Of a DNA stretch of 64,000 nucleotides, positions 1 to 13,335 are shown one piece after another. A model generated the notes under the pieces. It ran no database searches. It was given only the letters and a program-made list of their open reading frames with translations, and was not told where the DNA came from. Origin of the DNA: Somniosus microcephalus (Eukaryota); contig CM126226.1 in NCBI GenBank assembly GCA_052327205.1, forward strand, positions 48,422,001 to 48,486,000, written 5' to 3'. A program made the position numbers and the translations under genes. Numbering within the stretch: the first letter of the stretch is position 1; every line of letters starts with the position of its first letter.

Positions 1-74
1 ATACTCAGCAGGTCAAGCAGCATCTGTGAACAGAGAAAAAGAGTTAACGTTTCAGGTCGATGACCTTTCGTCAC
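1..74 (-). mobile_element. Penelope-like element terminal repeat fragment with partial minimal hammerhead core
   Basis: Minus strand reads TGACGA-AAGGTC-ATC-GACCT-GAAACGTTAACTC...CTGCTGAGTAT; same family as the copies at 35708 and 54221; cut by the window edge and the adjacent CR1. Confidence 0.75.
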
Positions 75-77
75 TTA

Positions 78-636
78 TTACTTGGAGTACTGCATACAAT
101 TCTGGTCACCATATTATAAAAAGGATATAGAGGCACTGGAGAGGGTGCAGAGAAGATTTACAAGGATGATACCAGAAATGCGAGGATATACATATCAGGA
201 AAGGATGAACAGGCTGGGTCTCTTCTCTTGAAAAAAGGCTGAGGGGTGACCTAATAGAGGTCTTTAAAATTATGAAAGGTTTTGATAGAGTGGATACAGA
301 GAGAATGTTTCCAATTGTGGGGAGGCGCATAACTAGAGGCCATCAATATAAGATAGTCACCAAGAAATCCAATAGGGAATTCAGAAGAAACTTCTTTACC
401 CAGAGAGTGGTGAGAATGTGGAACTCGCTACCACAGGGAGTGGTTGAAGCGAATAGTATAGATGCATTTAAGGGGAGGCTAGACAAATATATGAGGGAGA
501 AGGGAATAGAGGGTTATGCTGATAGATTTAGATGAGGAAAGACGGGAGGAGGCGCGAGTGGAGCATAAACACCGGCATGGACTGGTTGGGCCGAATGGCC
601 TGTTTCTGTGCCGTATATCCTATGAAATCCTATGTA
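78..636 (+). mobile_element. CR1-clade LINE, 5'-truncated 3' end (RT C-terminus + 3'UTR)
   Basis: LEYCIQFWSP... and ORF 272-535 'RRNFFTQRVVRMWNSLP' are typical CR1 ORF2 C-terminal motifs; ends in ggccgaatggcctgtttctgtg + (ATCCTATG)n-like tail. Confidence 0.93.
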
Positions 637-2056
637 AAAAGTAGTTAAGCCATGCGAAGCAGAAAGCAGCAGGTAGGGGTGCGACGAATGGCCTTGGCAA
701 GATTCATCTGTGGAGGACGGGGGGCGGGGGGGGAAAGAGAAGAAAAGAGCAGAGGGAAACAGTCACTGTCCAGCAATCCCTGCAGTATGCATTTGTGAGT
801 ATTGGGAAGAATACTGGGTGACCTCCCACCTTTACTTTATATATTAAATACAATCAGTACTCAGAGCTCGGGGTGCTTAGCTCACAGGATGGGACAGAGA
901 AGGGGTGTAAAATATAGAGTATTAGTTACTCCAATCATATTTCGGAAAACAGAGTAAAAATGTAACCTCTGATTTTAGACACAGTACAAAGCAGAACATC
1001 CACACATAGCGAGTATAAATACATGATGCAAATCTGAAGATTTAGATATTTCAATAGATGAATCCTGCACGAAACATATGTAATGTATTACTGCTGATCT
1101 ACAAAACTATCTTGGGCTATCTTCACTTAAATGTAGGGATACAGGAGAGAGATTGCCACAATTCAGATAGCATTAGCTTCAGGACAGACAAGATACTCTT
1201 ATCTCAGGGACTTAAAAGTATAAAACAAGGTTTCAAAAGCACCTTGGACAGACTACTGATGGAAAATCAGAGCAGGCAAAGACATACGCTAATGCAAGTA
1301 GAAGGTGTTCTTGTGAGTCTGGAGGTCAGTCACACAATAAGAGAGGGCAGAGAATCTACCTCTCCTATTTTACTGGACTTCTAAATGAGGAATGCACCCC
1401 ATATCAAGACACTTTTTTTTAAACATAAAAAATGAACGAGCCAGTTAAAAAGAATTAAGTTTAACATCTTTGATTCTTGCCCCATAGAAATATAGAACAT
1501 AGAAACCGCCCCCGTCTCTCTGCTTATATGTTCATGACACTTGAGGAAAATTTCTTGGAGTGCACCAACATAAAGAAAATTCTTTAACATATACATAGCG
1601 GAAGAACCTTGCAGGAATTTTACTTGAATTGATTAACTCATCTCCCCAATATTGCACTTTTTGGTGCAGCCCCACCAGCATGTCTGCAGTAATTTGAGTA
1701 AAGAGCACGCAGTCCGACTGCTTACTCGCACCATTACTGTGGGGGCTGCAGTAGACTGCATTTTTCCTCATCACCTACATATGCAGCCAACAGGTACCAC
1801 CTCTCAACTCCAGTGGTTCCACTCAGACCTTCATCCACTGACGTTCCTGGCTTCGGTATTGCCTCTTTTCCAAATCTCTTCCACTGCCAATGTTGGCTCC
1901 CTGAAGCAGTTTCCCTTTTGCGCCAAGAATTTCTACCTTGAACAACTGTTAACTTTCTATAAAGTCTGCTGAATTTTGTTCCAATATCTTGGATAGCTCT
2001 AACGTTGCTCTTGCTCTCCTGGACAGGATACAAGAAAAAAAGAGTCACCCGACACA

Positions 2057-2096
2057 GGCAATCCCCTCATCGCCAGCAATCCCCTCATCGCCAGCA
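2057..2096 (+). repeat. 18-bp tandem duplication (GCAATCCCCTCATCGCCA x2)
   Basis: Direct reading of the sequence. Confidence 0.9.
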
Positions 2097-2194
2097 TCCA
2101 ATCTCCTTCTCAATCGTTGCTTTTACACTGGATTAAGTCAGCGCTGCCACCCGACACTCATGCAAAAGGCAGCAGCCCAAAGAAAAGTTTTGAT

Positions 2195-2290
2195 CTGATC
2201 AAGGATCAACACACAAAATGGTAACTTGTCTGTTCTCTCCACAGATACTAATCAACCTGCTGAGCGTTTCTAGCATTTTCTGTTTTTGTC
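2195..2290 (+). mobile_element. Degenerate Penelope-like terminal repeat
   Basis: ctctccacagatact...acctgctgagcgtttctagcattttctgtttt resembles the arms at 54352-54425. Confidence 0.55.
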
Positions 2291-2644
2291 CCAAAGAAAA
2301 CTTGGCAGATTAACCAAGGCTCGCAACCAAGACGACCAATTTACATCAAGCCTTCCCGGCAACTAGCCTTAGCAAGTTTATTTTGAGGCTGTCACTAGCT
2401 GCGCAAGGCAACCTGTAAGGAGCCATCAGCACAGGCACCGATCTTGTGCCAGTGTAAAAACAGCTTTTCTCAGCTCTATTTTGTCAATATTGCTATGCTC
2501 ATTATTCGTCTGAACTTTTTTTTTCCTATGCTCGAAATATATTAAACATGCTCTCCCTCCTCCCTGTATCTTCAGAGCGTTGCAGTTGAGGTTTATTTCT
2601 GCTCTAACTCATTCAATTCCAGGTCCTGAAAATTGTGGCACTCC

Positions 2645-3201
2645 GAACATAGAAACATAGAAGATAGGAGCAGGAGTCGGCCATTCGGCCCCTCGAGCCT
2701 GCTCCGCCATTCAATGCGATCATGGTTGATCATCCAAACTCAGTACCCGGTCCCTGCCTTCTCCCCATACCCCTTGATCCCTTTAGCCTTAAGAAATATA
2801 TCCAACTCCTTCTTGAATATATTTAATGTATTGGCCTCAACTGCCTTCTGTGGTAGAGAATTCCACAGGTTCACCACTCTCTGGGTGAAGAAATTCCTCC
2901 TCATTTCTGTCCTAAATGGCTTACCCCTTATCCTTAGACTGTGACCCCTGGTTCTGGACTCCCCCGCCATCGGGAACATCCTTCCTGCATCTAGTCTGTC
3001 CAGTCCCGTCAGAATTTTATAAGTTTCAATGAGATCCCCTCTCATTCTTCTAAACTCCAGCGAGTACAAGCCCAATCGACCCAATCTCTCCTCATACGTC
3101 ATTCCTGCCATCCCAGGTATCAGCCTGGTGAATCTTCGCTGAACTCCTTCCATGGCAAGAACATCCTTCCTCAGATAAGGCGACCAAAACTGCACACAAT
3201 A
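2645..3201 (-). mobile_element. CR1-clade LINE 3' fragment (young subfamily)
   Basis: ORF 2740-3216 'YCVQFWSPYLRKDVLAMEGVQRRFTRLIPGM...FFTQRVVNLWNSLP'; (TTCTATGT)n tail; near-identical to 38306-38850. Confidence 0.95.
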
Positions 3202-4219
3202 ACCTTTGACAGACACTTAAAAATACCAAGTTTGCCAACAAATTATTCTATTTACCTCATCTTCTAACCTAATCTTGTCAGTCTTGGTTATATCCAGCGG
3301 GGGTGGACCATTAATCCAGATTTCTCAAAAAAAAGATTGTCCAGTTATCTGCTCCCTAGACAGTTGCCATTGGTACTTAAACAAGCCGAAATAATAATGC
3401 AGCGTATACTCCGACTCACTGTGATCAATACCCAGGAGATCCGCTGACTGTTGAAAACAGAAATAGTCAGAAAAAAATAATAGAGGTGCTCAAATTAATT
3501 CTAAATTACTTGTGAATGTTTTACTATTAAAAGAGGCTCTTGACAAAAAGGCTCATTAAAACACTCACTGGAAGCGAAATCACAGCACTATAATTTCTCA
3601 CCTTGATGATTACAAACCTCTCAAAAAGAAACAAATTAGTGGAAATTCCTTACTCTGAACCAAAAATCTGCAGTCCTATAAAAAAAAGGCAGCAAATAAA
3701 AAGACAAAAGACTAATTTTTATCCGATTCAAAAATTCTACTGCAGATAAACCTGCATACACAGATTTCCGCTCACCGTGCTTGGGTATAAAAAGCACGGA
3801 ACCAAGCAATAGAAATGCATCTATTTATAGGAGCAATTCACCCTAATTGGCATGTTTAGCAGTGAAATCGCTAATATCACAATTCTACCAGTAATCCACC
3901 AAATAAAAACAGAATTAAATTATATGCAGAGCAGCACTCCTGCAGGCCCTCCTGGGCTTTTGAATGTGGGCAGATTGAGCTGTTGTTGCATATTCCTGAT
4001 TATCTGCCATTTGATTTCAATATCCCAGAATTTCTTAGGCAAGTGATATACCAATTGGAGTAATGGACTCGGGGTTGTTTCTGTTGCTTATGTTAATTGT
4101 GAAAGAGGTAGGCTGGGAGCCCATTGGACCAAGTATTTCACACAAATTCATAATTTAAAACCAGGCCCTTTGAAGGAGGCAGGGTAAATTATGCAACACA
4201 GATAAACGAGAAAAAAACC

Positions 4220-4435
4220 CGCAAATTCTGAAAATCCTGTAACAGAACAGTAAGCATTGCTAAAACACTGCTGGTCATTCAGCAGTTGAAAAGCAGAGGA
4301 CGGTCACGAAATGCATCGATCATTCGTCAAAACTGCTTCCTGTTTTGAAGAAGGGTCTGCACCCAAAAACATCTATCTTTTCAGATGCTGATGGACCGGA
4401 AGTGTGTTTGTAGCATTTTCTGATTTTATTTCAGG
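4220..4435. mobile_element. Old, diverged head-to-head Penelope-like terminal repeats
   Basis: Degenerate left arm plus ttgaagaagggtctgcacccaaaa...cagatgctgatggacc...gcattttctgattttatttcag; same layout as 54221-54425 but much decayed. Confidence 0.45.
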
Positions 4436-4828
4436 AGTAAGTTATGCTTTGATATCAGAAAAAAAAGAGATGTTTTAAAAAATGCCTCCTTTTAAAGGTT
4501 AATTTTCAGTACAATTCTAGTGGCAATATAAATGCAGCCTAAATCCAGAGTCAGGTTGGGCCTTAAGTCTGCGTTTACACCACACAAGAGTTAGTGCAAG
4601 TGGAAAACACTCTTCACAGATGCTAAACTTGTAGCGTAAATGCACCCTTAGAAGTACTACTATAAATTTACAGTAACAGCTCCATCAATTTACCTTAGTA
4701 CAAAACAGGAGTGTCCACTCACTCTTTGACGACTGCAATTAAATTTCTACATTTTCCTTCATGTTTTCTGAAAAGAGAAAGCACCTTGCATCAAACAAGT
4801 TGCTTGATCAAATTGTTGCTAGCAGGTA

Positions 4829-5150
4829 CAGGAAACTTTGTGCTATCCGGCACCGACGGGACCGAGCTGTTGCCGTCCCATCAAAACTGCCGGATAAACC
4901 AGCGCTAATGTTGAAACATACGGAGATTTTGAGCTCCGTATCTGGCTTGCTTAGCAACAGCTTCTAAACAGTCGGCCGTACCTTGCAAGTGTCTCTATAG
5001 CTTAGCAACAGCTTCAGCGAGGCCTTGCAGAGCCTGACTGGTAAAAAAAAAGCAACGAAAAGAAAAAAAAACTAACGAAACGGCTCCTGATTTTTGACGG
5101 TGGCTCGAGCATTCCGGACAGTTAACCTCCGGATAAACCAAAGTTTCCTG
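4829..5150 (+). mobile_element. Non-autonomous Tc1/mariner-superfamily (Tigger-like) MITE, copy 1
   Basis: TIRs CAGGAAACTTTG...CAAAGTTTCCTG flanked by TA at both ends; inverted paralogue at 57675-58017. Confidence 0.88.
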
Positions 5151-7029
5151 TAGTATTTTCCAATAGTGAACTTGTCAGGCAAATCAATTATATTGGCTCA
5201 GAGCATTCAGAAGTTAAGCTTTAAGTAATCCATTGAATGCTGCTGTACCATATACCACACAGTATGTAGTAAATAAAAAGCTTGAGCAAGAGACAAATTT
5301 TGCACACAGAAAAAGAATGAATCAAAAGAAGAAATACATTAACCAGAGGGATATTTAGTGAGGTTGGGATGTTGAAAATTAATTTTCCATGCAGTATCAG
5401 AAACTAATGTAATGTCTCTTCTCAATTCCATGAACAAGCAAAAAGTGAGGGGCCTAATTATTACACTTGTTGAGTGTCTTGAAATCAGGCCCAGTGGAAA
5501 AACAAACCATTTTCCAGTTTATAAATGGGGTATAAATCACGGAAACAAGAGGTGGTACAGGAGTCTGACTCAAGAGTGGATGGAAGATTGCACACATCAA
5601 ACTGTCCACGCTGATCTTCGAAATTACCCACACCACAAATTCATTTGTCCTCTTAAGTACAAGTTTTGAGCAGGAAAACCTGCTGCAACATGCAAAATCT
5701 AAATATCTAAAAAAAGTAACAAAACGCAGTTGTAACAACAGAACAAACCTGAATGGCAAAAACTGGACCATTCTAGCAGGAGAAAAAAACTTCCACACTA
5801 AACACAAGACTGTGTACATGACACCAAATAGCTGACCTGGATAGCATGCCACCAGGGATGTAACACAATCAGGGGAATCAAATGACTTTGAACAGTGAGC
5901 AAAGCACCTCATTGTGGGATAACCTCAAAGTGAAAAAAATCATAATTGGATTTGTGAATTTGTGAAATAAACTACCAGCAAACACAATGAATATTTAATC
6001 TTTTATAAATCATTTAAGGGGGATTGAGGAGTCTCTACTAGGATTGGATGGAAGATGATAACACACACCAAACGGTGTACAGTCCATGCTGATTAAAAGT
6101 CTAATTTGCTGACAGAAAATAAATTGCTTCTATCTTAGGAATCGCCACACCACAAATTCATCTTCCCACTCCTTGTACGAGGTTTAAGCAGAAAAATTTA
6201 CCAAAAAAAAGAGCTTTATAAAAGCTTTAAAAAAATCTTAAGTGATCGGGCAATGCTGCCATAAGTGCCAATAGAATGTATGCACTGGAACTGAAGGAAT
6301 GGGAGAGGGGGGGGTGGTGGGACCACATGTTAACAGAGGATACACACCAGGGATCTGTTAGATACGACATTAGTGATCCAATGGGAAGACCAGAACAAAT
6401 AACAAACACCCAAAGTCAACAACAGGCTGTGATACTGGGTCCGTCTGTTGGATAAACATGTCCTCAATGGGTATGAACAGATTTATTGTTTTCCAACTCA
6501 GAATAGGTCAGAAAATTGGAATAAAAAAGTGGCCGACACCAAGACGATGGAATTTCTTCTCAAAAGAAGAAAAAATATGAATGCTGCAGCCGTTATCGGG
6601 GTATGTCTCCAAAGATTGTTTTAATTGGCTCAGTGAAGTCTCAGTTCATCAGTGGTAATTTATTACTTTGAACATTAATTTAACTCAATGACTTTTGAAG
6701 CACAACTGATGGGAAGACGGACAAGATTTCATAAATGAGCACATTGTGCTGTGCCAAAATATGAAATAAAACAGTTCTAAGAAAAACATTCTTTCATGAG
6801 ATCTCCACAATGTAACCCACAAAACAAAGAGGAATAGCATGTGGAAGATTCCATATCTAGAGCTATTTTGCTTTTAAAGGAGACTCCCCTACGCATACAC
6901 AGGATTGCTCCACCATTGGTGGGGAAATGTATTCCTTTCTGCTACCAACCATGGTCTAGTGTATAACCTTTTTAAAAAAATTGTATTTCTGATATGAAAG
7001 CGCGTGGCAAAACCTGCAAAACTACAAGA

Positions 7030-7900
7030 CCTTGCATTTATCAAACGCCTTTAATGGAGTAAACTGCTCAAGGTGCTCCACTTTGGAGAGAACAGAGCTG
7101 CAGTGAGTGAGTTAGAAAAGAGGAGTGAAAGCACAGTTGAAAACATAGGTTTTGAGGAGACTGTTAAGGCAGGGAGAGAAGCAGCAAGGCAAAGAAGTTT
7201 AGGAGAGTAGCGTTTCATGGAGTAGACTAAGACAGCTGACAGTTCTGCTAATAATGGGGAAAGTGGGAGGGGTGTACAGGAGGCAAGAGTCAGAGGACCG
7301 AAGAATATGTTGCAGAAGTAGCGTGCAGCAAGGCAGTGAAGGCATTTGAAAAGTGAGGACAGGGATTTTGAATTCAATGTGCTGGAGGTCAGGGAAACAA
7401 TCGAGGTTAGGGAAGACTAGAATGATAGGCAAGCAGGACTTGGTGTGGGACAGGATGCACAAAGTTTTAGACAAGTTGGAGTTTGTGTAGGGTAAAGCAC
7501 AGGGGGCCACTGAGGAAAGCATCTGAGAAGGCAAATCCTGAGGCAACATAGCATGGATAAGTTGGTAGTAGCGGTGAGGGATAGAGTGCAATGTTGTGGA
7601 GGTGGAAGTGGTCTTGGTAATGGGTAAAACATGGAGTTTAAAACTTATCTTCCAGTCAAACAGGACTTCTGAAGCACAACTGATGGGAAGACAGACTAGG
7701 AGTTCATTAATGAGCACCAACTGGTATACCCTAAGCAAGCAGCAAGAAGGGGTGGAATCTAGGGGCAAAGTTACAGGGTTCTTGAGCAGTAGCTGAGCAA
7801 GATGAATTCAATTATCTCAATCATCTGATCTACAATTTGATGTCAAATAGGCAAGTCTGATAAAAAATAGAGTTGGTTGTGGAGTTGAATATGGTGGTAG
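7030..7900 (-). mobile_element. Degraded L2-clade LINE 3' region
   Basis: Reverse complement aligns with the + strand L2 at 43641-44275 (accaagaccacttccacctcc..., attgaattcaaaatccctgtcctc); ITKTTSTST-type remnants in ORF 7199-7768. Confidence 0.75.
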
Positions 7901-8059
7901 AAAGGTAAAGCTGTGCGTCATCAACATATATATTAAAGCGGACTCCAAGCCTGAGACTAAGTGACAGCTGGAAGGATATTCAAGGCTCGAACAGATTTTT
8001 AGGGTCCACAACTCAAACACAGTGATCACTGATTAGAATGTAATTAACGAGGAAGTTTA

Positions 8060-8484
8060 ACCATCTCCCTTTGACATTCAATGGCATTACCATCATCAAA
8101 TCCCCACCATCAACATCCTGGGGTTCACCATTGACCAGAAACTTAACTGGACCAGCCACATAAATGCTGTGGCTACAACAGCAGTTCAGAGGCTGGGTAT
8201 TCTGCAGCAAGTGACTCACTTCCTGACTCCCCAAAGCCTTTCCACCATCTACCAGGCACAAGTCAGAAATGTGATTGGAATACTCTCAACTTGCCTGGAT
8301 GAGTACAACTCCAACAACAGTCAAGAAGCTCAACACCGTCCCGGACAAAGCAGCCCACTTGATTGACACCCCCATCCTGGAACTCCCTAACAGCACTGTG
8401 GGAGTACCTTCACCACACAGACTACAGCGGTTCAAGGCAGTGGCTCACCACCACCTTCTCAAGGGCAATTAGCGATAGGCAATA
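8060..8484 (+). mobile_element. CR1-group LINE 3' fragment (second family)
   Basis: INILGFTIDQKLNWTSHINAVATTAVQRLGIL...TIYQAQVR...EYS RT C-terminus; 3' tail cagcggttcaaggcagtggctcaccaccaccttctcaagggcaattag. Confidence 0.8.
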
Positions 8485-8485
8485 G

Positions 8486-8945
8486 AGGGAACGGTAGCAT
8501 AGTGGTAATGTTACTGGGCTAGTAATCCAGAGGCCTGGACTAATGATCCAGAGATGTGAGTTTAAATCCCACCACAAATTTAAATTCAGTTAATTAAATA
8601 AATCTGGAATTTTAAAAAAGCTCGCATCAGTAATGGTGACCATGAAACTACCAGATTGTCGTAAAAACCCATCTGGTTCACTAATGTCCTTTAGGGAAGG
8701 AAATCTGCCGTCCTTACCTGGTCTGGCCGATATGTGACTCCAGACCCAAGGAATGTGGTTGGTTCTTAACTGCCCTCTGAAATGGCCAAGCAAGCCACTC
8801 AGTTGTAACAAACCGCTATGAAACACAATAATACTGACTGCAGCGGTTCACCACCACCTGCTCAAGGGCAATTAGGGATGGATAATAAATGCTGGCCCTG
8901 CCAGCGACGCCCACATCCCATAAAAAACAAATAAAAATAAAATAA
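8486..8945 (+). mobile_element. tRNA-derived SINE sharing its 3' tail with the adjacent CR1-group LINE
   Basis: Head ggtagcatagtggtaatg...gagtttaaatccc (A/B-box-like); tail caccaccacctgctcaagggcaattagggatgg..ataaatgctggcc..cacatccca + A-rich end. Confidence 0.8.
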
Positions 8946-9457
8946 ATGTTGGCCAGCCCATATCCTGAGAATGGAAAAAAAAAATTAAAGGCTCTTTCGT
9001 CACTACATTGTAATGCATCCCATCTGTCAAATATTCTTAATGTAATTAATTTTCTTCTCTTCTGGAATGCATTTATCAAATTCTCTCTACCTCTCCCATT
9101 TTTACCCTTCGGTTTCAGCCTCCATCTACCATTGAGGGGGCAGGAAGACAATAGCCAAACACTGTCAAAGCATGGAAGTATTGTAAGTCAACTGTCAGGA
9201 GACGCAAGCAGAGCCCAGAGATAAAGCTTTGATTAAACTCCTGTCCCTCCCCCTGGAGGCAGCACAAAGCATTTCCTGGATCCCACAATGACAACTGAAA
9301 CTAGAATATAAGCCAGTGCAATCAAACTTGTCTCTGATCATTCCATACCACTGTACATTGGTGCACCAACACAACATTGTGTCATTTTCAGAGGTAGATC
9401 ATATGAACAAGTGAAAAGGAGAAAAAACCATCAAGCCCATCCCATCCAGACACAGTG

Positions 9458-9800
9458 AAAGAAAGACTTGCATTTATATAGCGCCTTTCACGACCTCAGG
9501 ATGACCCAAAATGCTTTACAGCCAATGAGATACTTTTGAAGTGTAGTCACTGCTGTAATGTAGGAAATGCAGCATCCAATTTGCACACAACAATGTGATA
9601 ATGACCAAATAATCCATTTAAGTGATGTTGGTCGAGAGGTAAATATTGGCCAGGGCACCGGGGGGGGGGAATTTCCCTAACCTCCTTCGAAATAGTGCCA
9701 CAAGATCTTTTACATCCACCCGAGAGGGCAGATGGGGACTTAGTTTAACATCTCATCTGAAAGACAGTGTAGCACTCTCTCAGTACTACACTGAAATGCA
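9458..9800 (-). mobile_element. Deu-domain SINE (SacSINE1-like) with L2-derived tail
   Basis: gaaagaaagacttgcatttatatagcgcctttcacgacctcagga (reverse L2-type tail) ... tttaacatctcatctgaaagac; homologous to 22783-23190. Confidence 0.82.
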
Positions 9801-11249
9801 AGCATGTACGCCAATGATTCACCACTTAACCATGCAAATTCCTGAGAGGGGCAACAAGCCAGGGGGAAAAAATTGCCTTGTTGCCTTGCAAGAAGTTTGC
9901 CTCTATATAGGACATGATGATGCAGCCATTTTGATGGTATAATGCTAGGAATGCAGCCTAATTCACGTGTACCTGGCATCTTCACACACTTAGTTAACCC
10001 AGGTTTCACTATTACAGTGGCTCTGTAGCAATTTCATGGACAACAGTAAACGGCTGTAGACCAGCAGGCTTGTCAGTCTACCAAAACACTGGAAAAGATC
10101 ACTAAAATTTCTCTTAATGTGAAAATCTGTTTTTTAATCTTAATGGAGTAAAGGACACTTCATGTGCAAAAGCTCCAGACTATGTACATTTCAAAGAGGT
10201 TTATAATCTAGTTATAAATTATGCAGCTATATTACTGTATATAAAGAACAGAAATGGCAGAGAAGCTTTTCATCTCAGTTTTAATGAATCCCATTAAAAA
10301 GTTCAATAAAGCTTGAAATTTCAGGATTTCTATTCATTCAATTACTAATCCCATCAAAAGAACATGTTTCAGATGCAACTTGTCCGCTAATTAGCAACAA
10401 TGAACTAATCGAAACATCTATAATGGAAATTATCATGACTAGTCAACATTAACTGTCAGAATCGTCACAGAAATTATTTTTACTTAAAACATCCACACTA
10501 CCCGTCTCTTATCCTCTCCCCAAATATTATAAAGCATTTCATAAATCCAGAACTGATCAGAAAAGGCTCATATAGAGTACACCAAAATGTCAGCTCACTG
10601 TAAATTCACTGGCCTAAAACCACAAATCTCATTTAATAGACCCGATTAAGAACCAAAACAGCAATTTAAAATGCTGACATGTAAAATGCCTATATTCTCC
10701 TTTATTGAAGTGACTTGAAAGAAAACATAAAATGAATTCTACAGTAAACAGACTCTGAATTGCCAATCACTACCCAGGGAAAAAAAGCCTTTGATTTAAA
10801 AGAACATAATACTATAAAGCACCTTCAATAGGTAAACATCAGATGTAATCCAGAACTAACAGTGTAACTATGAAAGTAAGTTGCCTGTATTCCACAAAAT
10901 ATTCAACTGAAAATAATCCCAAGCTGAAATCGCCATCGACTAACTTGTCATTTCAGGTAATGAGAGGCCATGAGTGAATAGATATCATTTGAAGAGATAT
11001 GAAGCAAATGCAAACAATTTAACAAAGGCAGAAGGAGCAGGCAGCGTAGGTTTAAAAATTTAAGATAGGCAAACAGATGTATTTCTGTTGATAACACGGA
11101 AATAATGACATTCCATATTGTCATCAAAATAACTAACACATTTGCTGCTACTAACAGCTAATTAAAAGAAAATTGAACGAGTTAAAAACCGGCTGTTCCT
11201 ATGTCAGTTGAATACTGCTGCCAACCACAAGATACCATTAAAATTTGGG

Positions 11250-11542
11250 CTGTATCCCCCAATGGCTCAACAAGTAAATCCAATGAATAGCAGCCATGTA
11301 GGCCCATCCGGGTCCAATCCCTAGGTCTGTTCTAGGGGAGGGGGTTAGCCACTGGTTCCACGACTGAACACTATCCAGCAGCCCCTGCTAGAAATGCGAG
11401 TGCATCAGATGAGGATAGGATCAGGTTCAACTCCACTAAGCTCACAAATAATGGCCAGTGTGAGCTACCAGAAGGCACCCAAGTACATCCGGAACCATAT
11501 CACTAAGGAATCAGGGGTGAAGAGGAAGAAAGAAAAATTAGG
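11250..11542 (+). mobile_element. Old tRNA-head SINE (unnamed family A)
   Basis: caatggctca...gggtccaatcc...ctatccagcagcccctgctagaaa...gaggataggatcagg...aatggcca, purine-rich tail; homologous to copies at 14.0, 28.7, 29.2 and 56.6 kb. Confidence 0.6.
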
Positions 11543-12539
11543 TTTGTCACAAATCTGAGTGTTCCACACATTAAAAAAAAGGTTTGTGTTGTTGAAGCAG
11601 AAATGCCTGGGGATGCACAATCAGTTCCGGGAGAAGAAATAGACCCAGTAATGAAGCTTTGCACTGTGCACATAAACATGGAAATGACAGCGTAATGAGC
11701 AAATGTAGATTTGACACACTAAAGCTGTTTTACAGCTCTGGGTAACAAAACTGTATGCAGCAACACAGAACAGCTCTGGTTCAGCCACAACAGGTTATGT
11801 ATTTTGGTCATAACACAAGAGACGGTCCTTCTTTGAATTCAAAAAGATGTACAGGTATCTTGCCTAATTCACATATATTCGAGCAGACCCCTAATGCTCT
11901 TTATGTTTGCTGGACCACTGCAGTGACATTCATGACATATATACTGATCACCACAAACCTGCACAAAAGTCTAATGGAAAGAGATGCTGCCATTAAAAGG
12001 GGGAACTAAACATCATTAGTGAAGTAATCCTTAAGCTATATCACTTATTTAATGACTCCAATTTTGCTCCTGTGGTTTATGATATTGTTAGATACTACCT
12101 TGTGCTCAGTCCCATGTGTCAAAGTACTGCAAATATCTGTCAAACTCACAAATTTAAATTTAGTTCATTTTATACATAATGTCCAGAAAAAAATCTACAC
12201 TTGAGAATTTAGCACTAGATTACAAAATAGCCACCTAAATACTTTCAATATTTTGATAATTTCAGTACTATTTCAGCAGAATGAAGTATCATCTTACCTT
12301 AACTGTTGCTATTATTGTATGCTTTGATCATTAAATATTTACACACATGCAACCCCTATTCTGCCGACGTGATCAATGTTTTCAAACAAACAAATACAAA
12401 ACTATACAGTGGATAATATGAAGTAGTCACATTTACCAACAGAAATTAGCATGAAAATACAGGCGGGAGAAATAGCATGATGATTACAGTAACTAAATGA
12501 AAATAGTAAAGGTACATATACAGTAGTATGTTTTGTGGC

Positions 12540-13335
12540 AACTGGATTTCAATCTAGGCAAATGTGAAGTCATCCACTTTGGACCTAAAAAGTACTTTTC
12601 TAAATGGTGAAAAGCTAGAAACAGTGGAGGTCCAAAGAGACTTGGGGATCCAGGTACATAGATCATTTAAATGGCATGAACAGGTACAGAGAATAATTTT
12701 TTTTTTTTTTTTTTTTATAAAAAGGCTAATGGAATGCTGGCCTTTATATCTAGAGGACTAGAATACAAGGGAGTAGAAGTTATACAAAACTCTGGTTAGA
12801 TCACACCAGGAGTACTGTAAACAATTCTGGGCACCACACCTTACTAACTTGGAGGGAGTGCAGCGTAGGTTTACCAGAATGATACCTGGACTCCAAGGGT
12901 TAAATTACGAGGTGAGATTATACAAACTAGGGTTGTTTCCCTGGAATTTAAACGGTTAAGGGGTGACTTGATCGAAGTCTCCAGGATATTAAGGGGAACA
13001 GGTAGGGTAGATAGAGAGAAACTATTTCTACTGGTTGGGGAGTCTAGGACTAGGGGGCAGAGTCTAAAAATTAGAGCCCGACCTTTCAGGAGTGAAATTA
13101 GGAAACACTTCTACACACAAAGGGTGGTAGAAGTTTGGAACTCTCTTCCACAAACGGCAATTGATGCTAGATCAATTGTTAATTGTAAATCTGAGATTTA
13201 TAGATTTTTGTTAACCAAAGGTATTAAGGGATATGGGGCACAGGCGGGTATATGGAGTTAGGTTGCAGATCAGCCATGATCTCTGAATGGCGGAACAGGC
13301 TCGAGGGGCTAAATGGCCTACTCATGTTCCTATGT
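12540..13335 (+). mobile_element. CR1-clade LINE 3' fragment
   Basis: ORF 12968-13261 'RKHFYTQRVVEVWNSLP'; QRDLGIQV motif; tail gaatggcggaacaggctcgaggggctaaatggcctactc. Confidence 0.92.
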
